The position numbers were made by a program, and so were the translations under genes. Under the pieces are notes generated by a model that was given only the letters and a program-made list of their open reading frames with translations, had not been told where the DNA came from and searched no databases. Of a DNA stretch of 64,000 nucleotides, positions 26,222-36,500 are shown piece by piece (position 1 is the first letter of the stretch; each line of letters starts with the position of its first letter). The DNA comes from the human T2T-CHM13v2.0 reference genome, Homo sapiens, in assembly GCF_009914755.1 (NCBI RefSeq), contig NC_060936.1. One strand, written 5' to 3'.

Positions 26222-27194
26222 GCTCCTTTCTAGTTTTCCTTTGAAGATATTTCCTTTTTGAACATAGGCCTACAAGTGCTGTCAAATATCCTTTCACAAG
26301 TTATACAAAAACAGTCTTTCCCAAATGCTCCATCAAAAGAAAGGTTTAACACTGTGAGATGAATGCACACATCACAAATCAGTTTCTCAGAACGTTTCTT
26401 TCTAGTTTTTCTCTTAAAATATTTCCTTTTTCACCCTAGGCCTCAAAGTGCTCCCAGATATCTATTACAGATTCTGCAAAAACTGTGTTTCCAAGCTGCT
26501 CCATCAGAAGAAAAGTTTAACTCTGTGAGATGGATGCACACATCACAAATCAGTTTCTCAGAAAGCTTTTTCTAGTTTTTCTATGAAGCTATTTGCTTTT
26601 TCACCATAGGCCTCAATGCTTTACCAAATACCCCTTCACAGATTCGACCAAAAAAAAGTGTTTCCAAACTGCTTCATCAAAAGAAATGTTTAACTCTGTG
26701 AGCTGAATTCAGACATCAAAAAGCAGTTTCTCAGAAAGCTTCTCTCTAACTTTTTGCTAGACATATTTCCTTTTTCACCATAGTCCTCAATGCACTCCCA
26801 AATATCCCTTTGCAGATTCTACAAAAACACTGTTTCCAAACAGCTTTATCAAAGGAATGGTTAAACTCTGTGAGATGAATGCACATATCACATATCAGTT
26901 TCTCAGAACGCTTCTTTCACATAATAACACATAAGGTTCTACAAAAACAGTGTTTCCAAATTGCTCAACCAAAAGAAAGGTTGGAGTCTCTGAGATGAAT
27001 GCACACCTCACAAAGCAGTTTCTCAGAAAGCTTCCTTCTATTTTTTATCTAAAGATATTTCATCTTTGGCCATAGGCCTCAATAAACTCCCAAATATCCC
27101 TTCACAGATTCTACAAAAACAGTGTTTCAAAACTGTTCCATCAAAAGAAAGTTTTAACTCCATGAGATGAATGCATGTATCACAAATCAGTTTC
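26221..27194 (-). repeat. Inverted alpha satellite block (~970 bp, ~6 monomers)
   Basis: Strand flips at ATATTCAGAT/AGCTCCTTTCTAG and flips back at CACAAATCAGTTTC/ACTT/ATGTGTTCATTC. Confidence 0.95.
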
Positions 27195-27198
27195 ACTT

Positions 27199-30100
27199 AT
27201 GTGTTCATTCCTCTCACAGAGATAAACCGTACTTTATCTCTGTGAGATAAAGTCTGGAGCAGTCTGGAAACATAGTTTTTGTAGAATCTGTGAAGGGATA
27301 TTTGTGAGTGCATTGATGCCTATGGTGAAAAAGGTTATATGTTCACAGGAAAACTAGAAAGAAGATTCTGAGAAACTCTTTGCAATGTGGACATTCAGCT
27401 CACAGAGATAAACCTTTCTTTTCATGAGGCAGTTTGGAAACATTGCTTTTGTAGAGTCTGTGAAGGGATGTTTGGGTGTCCTATGGTGAAAAAGGAAACA
27501 TATGCAGAGAAAAACTAGAAAGAAGCTTTCTGTGAAACTGTTTTGTGATGTGTGCATTCATCTCCCTGAGTTAAAAGTTTCCTTTGACACAGCAGTTTGG
27601 AAACACTGTTTTTTTAGAATCTGCAAATGGATATTTGGGAGCACATTGAGGCCTACGGTGAAAAAGCAAATATCTTAAGAATAAAACAAGGAATAATCTT
27701 TCTATGAAACTGCTTTTTGATGAGTGCATTCATTTCACAGAGGTAAAGCACTCCTTTGATGGTGCAGTTGGGAAACAACACTGTTTTTGTAGAATCTGCA
27801 AAATGGTATTTAGGCCATAGGCGCATTGAGGCCTATGGTGAAAAATGAAACATCTTCAGAGAAAAAATAGAAAGAAGCCTTCTGGAAAACTGCTTTGTGA
27901 TGTGTGCATTCACCTCACAGAGTTAAACCTTTCTTTTGATTGAGCAGTTTGGAATAAGTGTTTTTGTAGAATCTGAGAAGGGATATTTGGGAACACACAT
28001 AGGCCTGTGTTCAAAAAGGAAATATCTTCAGAGAAAAACTAGAAAGAAGCTCTCTGAGAAACTGCTTTGTTGTTTTCTGTGCATTCACCTCACAGAGACG
28101 AACCTTCCTTTTGATGTAGCGGTTTGGAAACACTGTTTCTGGAGAATCTGCAAAGGGATAATTGGGACTGTATTGAGGCCTACAGTGAAAAAGAAAATAT
28201 CTTCAGAGAAAAACCGGAAACAAGGTTTCTGAGATACTGCTTTTTGTTGTGCCCATTCATCTCACACATTAAACCTTTCTTGCGATTGAGCAGTTTGGAA
28301 GCACTGTTTTTGTGGAGTCTGTGAATGGTTATTTGGGAGTGAATTGAGGCCTATGGTGAAAAAGGTAGTATCTTTAGATAAAAACTAGAAAGAAACTTTC
28401 TGAGAAACCTGTTTGGGATGTGGGCATTCATCTCACAGAGGTAAACATTTCTTTGCTTGGAATTGTTTTAAAACACTGTTTTAGTAGAATGTGCAAAGAG
28501 ATATTTGGGAACACATTGAGGCTTATTGTATAAATGGAAATATCTTCAGAGAAAAACAAGAAGGAAGCTTTCTGAGAAGCTGCTTTTTGATGTGTCCATT
28601 CATCTGGCAGAGTTAAATGTTTCTTTTGTTGGACCTGTTTGGCTACTTTGTTTTGGTAGAATCTGCGAATGGATATTTGGGAACATATTGAGGCCTACAT
28701 AGAAAAAGGAAATATCATTAGAGAAAATTTATGGAAGCTTTCTGAGAAACTGATTTGTGAAGCTTCCATTCATCTCACAGAGTTAAAGCCTTTTTTTCGT
28801 GGAGATGTTTGTAAACACTGTTTTTCTAGAATGTGTGAAGGCATATTGGGACCGCATTGAGGCCTACAGTGAAAAATACATATTTTCAGAGAAATACTAG
28901 AAAGAAGCTTTCTGACAAACTGCTTTGTGATGTGTGTATTCATTCCACAGAGTTAAACCTTCCTTTTGATTGAGCAGTTTGGAAACACTGTTTTTTAGAA
29001 TCTGTGAGGGATATTTGGGAGTGCTTTGAGGACTATGGTGAAAAAGGATTTATCTTAAGAGAAACTAGAAATAAGTTTTCTGACAAACTGATCTGTGATT
29101 TGTGCATTCGTCTCACAGAGTTAAGCCTTTCTTTTGATGGAGCCTTTTGAAACACAGTTTTTGTAGAATCTGTGAAGGCATATTAGGGAATCAATAGAGT
29201 GCTATAATGAAAAAGTAAATATCTTCAGAGAAAAAAAAGAAAGAATCTTTCTGAGAAACTGCTTTCTGATGTGTGCTTTCATCTCACTGAGTAAAATATT
29301 CCTATTGATGGAGCACTTTGGAAAGAAAGTTTTCATAGAATCTGTGAAGGGATATTTGAGAGTGCCTGGAGGCCTATGGTGAAAAAGGAAATATCTTCAG
29401 AGAGGAACTACACAGAAACTTTCTGAGAAACTGCTTTGTGATGTGTGCATCCATCTCATAGAGTTAAACCTTTCTTTTGATGGAGCAATTTGGAAACTCT
29501 GTTTTTGTAGAATCTCCAAAGGGATATTTGGGAGCACATTGAGGCCTAAGGTGAAAAAGTCAACATCTACAGAGAAAAACTAGAAAGAAGCTTTCTGAGA
29601 AACTGGTTTGTGATGTGTGCATTCATCTCACAGAGTTAAACCTACCTTTTGATGAGCATTTTGGAAGCACTGTTTTTGTCGAATCTTTGCAGGGAATTTT
29701 TAGGAGCACCTTGAGGCCTGTGGTGAAAAAGGAAATATCTTAAAAGAAAAACTAGAAAGGATCTTTCTGAGAAACTGTTTTTAGACGTGAGCATTCATCT
29801 CACAGAGTTAAACCTTTCATGGAACAGTTTGGAAACACTGGTTTTGAAGAATCTGTGGAGGAGTATTTGGGAGTGCATTGGGGCCTATGGTCAAAAAGTA
29901 TATATCTACAGATAAAAACTAGAAAATTTTTCTAAGAAACTGCTTTGTGATCTGTGCATTTGTCTCATAGAGTTAAACCTTTTCTTTGATAAAGCAGTTT
30001 GGAAACACTGTTTTTGTAGAATCTGTGAAGGGATATTTTGGAGGGCACTGAGGCCTATTTTGAAAAAGGAAATATCTTCAGAGAAAAACTAGAAAGAAGC

Positions 30101-30830
30101 TTTCTGAGAAACTGTTTTATGATGATTATATTCATCTCACAGAGTTAAACCTTTCTTTGGATAAAGCACTGTGGAAACACTGTTTTTGTAGAATCTGCAA
30201 AGGGATATTTCGGAGCACTTTGAAGCCTATGGTGAAAAAGGAATCATCTTCAGACAAAAACTAGAAAGAAGCTTTCTGAGAAACTGCTTTGTGATGTGTG
30301 CATTCATCTCACAAAATTAAACCGTTTTTTATTGAGCCCTTTGGAAACATCATTTTTGCAGAATCTGCAAAAGGATATTAGGGAGGGCATTGAGGATTAT
30401 GGTGAAAAGGAAATATCTTCAGAAAAATACTAGAAAGCAGATTTCCGAGAAACTACTTCCTGATGTGTACATGCGTCTCACAGAGTTAAACTTTTCTTTT
30501 GATTGAGTAGTTTAGAAACACTGCTTATGTAGAATCAGTGCAGGGATGTTTTGGAACGCATTGAGGCCTAAGGTCAAAAAGGAAATATCTTCAGGGGAAA
30601 ACTAGAAAGAAGCTTTCTGAGAAACTTCTTTGTGATGTGTGCATTCATCTCACAGAGTTAAACCTTTCTTTTCATTGAGCACTCTGATGTCACTGTTTTT
30701 GTAGAACCTACAAAGGGATATTTCAGAGCACATTGAGGCCTCTGTTAAAAAAGGAAAAATCATAAGATAAAACTAGATAGAAGCTTTCTGATAAACTGCT
30801 TTGTCATGTGTGCATTCATCTAACAGAGGT
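27199..30830 (+). repeat. Alpha satellite, monomeric, conventional orientation
   Basis: Same monomer class as 17794-26221, including paralogous multi-monomer segments. Confidence 0.97.
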
Positions 30831-33800
30831 AAACATTTCTCTGGATTCAGCAGTTGAAAACACTGTTTTTGTCCATTCTGCGAATGGCCATTTAGGAGCT
30901 CATTGAGGCCAATGGTGATAAAGTGAATATCACATGATAAAAATCAGAAGGAAGCTATCTGAGAATCTGCTTTGAGATGTGGGCACTCATCTTGCAGAAG
31001 TAACCTTTATTTTCATTCAGCAGTTTGGAAACAATGTTTTTATAGTATCTGTGAAGGGATACCTGGGAGTACACTGAGGCTTATGGTGAAAAAGGAAATA
31101 TCTTCAGATAAAAACTAGAAAGAACCTTTCTGAGAATCCACTTTGTGATGTGTGCATTCATTTGAGACAGTTAAAAGTTTCTTTGTATTCAGCAGCTTGG
31201 AAACTGTTTTTATGCATTCTGCTAGGAAATTGGGAGATCATTGAGGCCAATGGCAAAAAAGCAAATAACCCATGATAAAAACTAGAAGGAAGCTATTTGA
31301 GAAACTGCTTTGTGATGTGTGAATTCATCTCATAGAGGTAAATCTTTCTTTTCACTCAGCAGTTTGGAAACACTGTTTTTGTAGAATCTGTGAAGGGATA
31401 TTTGGGAGCAAATTGAGGCTTACAGTGAAAACGGAAACATCTTCAGATAAAAACTAGAAAGAAGCTCTCTGAGAAACTGCTTCATGGTGTGTGCATTCAA
31501 CTCAAAGTGTTCAACTCTTCTTTTCCTTCAGCAGTTTAGAAACACCATTTTTGTAGAATCTGCAAAGGGATATTTGGGAGCATATTGAGGCCTATGATGA
31601 AAAAGGAACCATCTTCAGCTAACAAGTACAAAAAATCTTTCTTGAGAGTCTGGATTATGATATATGCATTCGACTCACAGAGCTAAACTTTTTTTGGATT
31701 CAGTATTTTGGAAACACTGTTTTTGTCCATTCTGTGAATTGACATGTGTGAGCTCATTGAGGCCAATGGTGAAAAAGTGAATACACCAGCATAAAATCTA
31801 GAAGGAAGCTATCAGAGATACTGCTTTGTGATGTGTGCATTCATCTCACAGAGTTAATCCTTTATTTTCATTCAGCAGCTTGGAAACACTGTGTTTTGTA
31901 GAATATGTGAAGGGTTATTTTGGAATGCATTGGGGTCTATAATGAAAAAGGAAACTACTTCAGATAAAACCTAGAAAGAAGCTTTCTGAGAAACTGATTT
32001 GTGATGTGTGCATTCAACTCACAGAGTTAAACTGTTGGACTCAACAGTTTGGAAACATTGATTTTGTCCATTCTGCTAATGGACATTTTGGAGCTCATTG
32101 AGGCCCATGTTAAAAACTGAATATCCCAGGATAAAAACCAGAAGGAAGCTCTCTGAGAAACCTCTTTCTGATGTGTGCATTCATCACACAAAGTTAAACC
32201 ATCCTTTGGATTCAGCAGTTTAGGAACACTGTTTTTGTAGAAGCTACGAAGGGATATTTGGGAACATATTGAGTCCTATGTTGAAAAAGGAAACATCATC
32301 AGATAAAAACTACAAAGGAGATTTCTGAGAACCTGCTTTGTCTTATGTGCATTCATCTAAAAGAGATAAATCTTTCTTAGGATTCTGCAGTTTGGAAACA
32401 CTGTTTATGTCCATTCTGAGAATGGAGCTCTTTGAGGCCAATGGTGAAAAAGCAAATATCCTAGGATAAAAACTGGAATGAAGGGGTCTGAGGAACAGCT
32501 TTCTGAGGTATGCATTCATCTCGTAGAGTTAAAACTTACTTTTCATTCAGCAGTTTGGAAACACTGTTGTTGTAGAATATGAGAAGGGATATATGAGCAC
32601 ACATTGGGGCCTATGGTGAGAAAGGAAACATACTTAGATAAAAACTACAAAAAAGCTTTCTGAGAAACTGGTTTGTGATGTGTGCATTCATCTCACAGAG
32701 TAAAACCTTTCTTTGCATATGGCAGTTTGGAAACACTACATTTGTCCATTTGGCAAATGGACATTTGGGAGCTCATAGAGGCCAATGGAGAAAAACTGAA
32801 TATCCCAGGATGAAAACTGGAAGGAAGCTATCTGAGAAACTGCTTTGTGCTGTGTGCATTGATCTGGCAGAGTTATTTTTTTTTTTCATTCAGCCCTTTG
32901 GAAACACTGTTTTTGTAGAATCTGTAAAGGGATATTTGGGAGTGCATTGAGGCCTATGGTGAAAAAGGAGGAAATATCTTCAGTTAAAAAGTAGAAAGAA
33001 GCTTTCTTGAGAAACTGCTTTGTAATGCATGCATTCATCTCACAGAGTTAAAACTTTCTTTGGATTCAACAGTTAGGAAACTCTGTTTTTGTCCATTGTG
33101 TGAAAGGACAATTTGGAGCTCAGTGAGGCCAATGGTGAGAAAGTGAAAATCCCAGGATAAAAACTAGAAGGAAATTCCCTTGGAAACTGCTTTGGGATGT
33201 GTGCATTCATCTCACAGAGTTAAAACTTTCTTTTCATCCAGCATTTTGGAAACACTGTTTTTGTACAATCTGCGAAGTGATATTTGGGAGTGTATTGAGG
33301 CCTATGTTGAAAAAAGAAATATCTTCATATAAAAACTGGAAAGAAATTTCTGGGAAATTGATTTTTCATGTGTGCATTGATCTCACAGAGTTAAACTTTT
33401 CTTTTTACTCAGCAGTTCGGTAACATGGTTTTTGTCCATTCTGCTAATGGATATCTGGGAGCTCATTGAGGCCAATGGTGAAAAAGGAAATATCCCAGGA
33501 TTAAAACTAGGAGGAAGCCCTCTAAGAAACAGCTTTGTAATATGTGCATTAATCAAGCAGAGTTAAACCTTTCTTTGGATTCAGCAGTTTGGAAATCCTG
33601 TTTTTGTAGAATTTTCAGAGGGATATTTGGGAGCACATTGTGGCCTATGGTGAAAGGAAACATTTTCAGATAAAATCTAGAAAGAAGTTTCTGAGAAACT
33701 GTTTTGTGATTTGGGCATTCAAATCACAGATTTAAACTTTTCTTTGGACTGAGCAGTTTGGAGATGCTGTTTTTGTCCATTCTGCAATTGGGCGTTTGGG

Positions 33801-36500
33801 AGCTCTTTGAGGCCAATGGCAAAAAAGTGAATACCCCAGGATAAAACTTTGAAAGAATCTATCTGAGAAACAGCTTTGTGATGCGTGCATTCGTCTCACA
33901 GTGTTAAACCTTTGTTTTCATTCTGCCTTTTGGAAACACTGTTTTTATAGAGGCTGTGAAGAGATATTTGGGAGCACAGTGAGGCCAATGGTGAAAAATT
34001 AAACATCTTCAGATAAAAACTAGAAAGAAGCGTTCTGAAAAACTGCTTTGAGATGTGTGCATTCATCTCACAGAGTTAAACCATTCTTTGGATTCAGCAG
34101 CATGGAAACACTGTTTTTGTCCATTCTGCAAATGGACATTTGGGAGCTCATTGAGGTCAACGGTGAAAAAGTGAATATCCAAGGACAAAAATTAGAAAAT
34201 CTAATTAAATCTGTGAGACGAATTGCACACATCACAAAGAAATTACCAGAAGGCTTCTTCCTAGCTTTTATCTGAAATAGTTTCCTTTCTTCACCATAGG
34301 CTTCAATGGGCTCCAAAATAAGCCTTTGCTGATTCTAGAAAAAGAGTGTTTTTTATCCCAGCTATCTGAGAAACCTCTTTGTGATGTGTTCATTCATCTC
34401 ACAGAGTTAAACCTTTCTTTTATTTCAGCAGTTTGGAAACACTGTTTTGTAGAATCTGCAAAGGGATATGTGGGAGCGCATTCAGGCCTGTAGTGAGAAA
34501 GGAAATATCTTCAGATAAAAACTAGAAAGAAGCTTTGAGATAAACTGCTTCATGATGTGTCCATTCATCTCAAAGATTTCAGCTTTTCTTTGGATTCAAC
34601 AGTTTGGAAACACTCCTTTTGTCTATTCTGCAAATGGACATTTGGGAGCTCATTGAGGCCAATGGTGATAAAGTGAATATCGCAGGGTAAAAACTAGAAG
34701 GAAGCTATCTGAGAAAGAGATTTGTGATGTGTGCAATTCATCTCACAGATTTAAACCTTTTTTTGGATTCAGCAGTTTGGAAACACAGTTTTTCTCCATT
34801 CTGCATATGGACATTTGGGAACTCATTGAGGCCAATGGCAAAAAAGCAAATATCCCAGGGTGAAAACTAGAATTCAGCTATCTGAGGAACTGCTTTGTGA
34901 TGTGTGCTTTCATATCGCAGATTTAAACCTTTCTTTTCATTCAGCAGTTTGGAAACACTGTTTTTGTAGAATCTGCAGAATGGTATTTGTGAGTGCATTG
35001 AGGCCTATTGTGAAAAAGAGAATGTCTTCAGATAAAAACTAGACAGAAGTATTCTCAGAAACTGCTTTGAGATGCGTGCATTCATCTCACAGGTTAAAAT
35101 TTTCTTTTGATTCTGCAGCTTGGAAACAATGTTTTTGTCTATTCTGTGAATTGACATTTGGGAGCTCATTGAGGCCAATGGTGAAAAAGCTAATATGCCT
35201 CAATAAATCTAGAAGGAAGCTATCAGAGGAATTTCTTTGTGATGTGTGCATTCATCTTGCAGCATTAAAACTTTCTTTTAATTCAGCAGTTTGGAAACCC
35301 TCTTTTTGTAGAACCTGAGAAAGGATATTTGGGAGTGCATTGAGGACTATGGAGAAAAAGGAAACAACTTCAGATAAAAAGTAGAAAGAAGGTTTCTGAG
35401 AAACTGCTTTTTGATTTGCCCATTTATATCACAGAGGTAAATATTTCTTTTGAATCAAAGTTTGGAAACACTGTTTTTGTCCATTCTGCGAACGGACATT
35501 TGGGAGCTCATTGAGGCCAATGGCTAAAACTCGAATATCCCAGGATAAAAACTAGAAGGAAGCTATCTGAGAAACCACTTTGTGATGTGAACATTCATCT
35601 CACAGAGTTGAACCTTTCGTTTCATTCAGCATTTTGGAAACACCATCTTTGTAGGATCTGCAAAGGCATATTTAGGAGCATATTGATTCTGATGTTGAAA
35701 AAGGAAACATCTTCAGATAAAAGCTAAAAAGAAGCTTTCTGAGAAACTGCTTCGTGGTGTAGGCATTCATCTCACAGAGTTAAAACTTTCTTTGGACTCC
35801 ACAGTTTGGAAATACTCTTTTTGTCCCTTCTGTGAATGGACACTTTGGATCTCATTGAGGTCAAAGGCAAAAAAGAGAATATCCCAGGATAAAAACTAGA
35901 ACGAAGCTCTCTGAGAAACTGCTTTGTGATGTGTGCCTTCATCTCCCAGATTTAAAACTTTCCATTCAGCAGTTTGGAAACACTGTTTTTGTAGAATCTG
36001 TGAAGGGATATCTGGGAGTGCAATGTGGCTTTGGGTGAAAAAGGAAACATCTGTAGATAAAAACTAGAAAAGATCTTTCTGAGAAACTGCTTTGTGATAT
36101 GTGCTTTTATCTCACAGAGTTAAACCATTCTTTTCTTTCAGCAGTTTGGAAACACTGTATTTGCAGAATCTTTGAATAAATATTTGAGTGCTTTGAGGCC
36201 TATGGAGAAAAAGGAAGCAGTCAGAAAAAATCTAGATAGAAAATTTCTGATAAAATGCTTTGTGATGTTTGCATTCACCTCACAGAGTTAAACCTTTCTG
36301 TCATTTCAACAATTTGCAAACACTGTTTTTGTCTACTCTGAGAATAGACATTTGGGAGCTCATTGTGGCCAATGGTGAAAAAGCTAAAATCTCAGGATGA
36401 AAACTAGAAGGAAGCTAGCTGAGAAAATGCCTTGTGATGTGTACATTAAACTCACAGTGTTAAAATTTCCTTTTCATTCAGCAGATTGGAAACACAGTTT
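30831..36500 (+). repeat. Dimeric alpha satellite island 1 (~342-bp period)
   Basis: A variant monomer (TTGGATTCAGC...TGTCCATTCTG..AATGGACATTTGGGAGCTCATTGAGGCCAATGG...GAATATCCCAGGAT...GAAGGAAGCTATC) alternates with a standard monomer; the marker occurs near 30871, 31725, 32065, 32408, 32744, 33091, 33434, 33775, 34119, 34794, 35137, 35479 and 35823; boundaries approximate. Confidence 0.9.
34198..34359 (-). repeat. Single inverted alpha monomer fragment inserted in the dimer array
   Basis: TCTGTGAGACGAATTGCACACATCAC...AAAAGAGTGTTT is reverse-orientation alpha; the flanks rejoin as AAAATTAGAA[~gga]AGCTATCTGAG. Confidence 0.9.
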
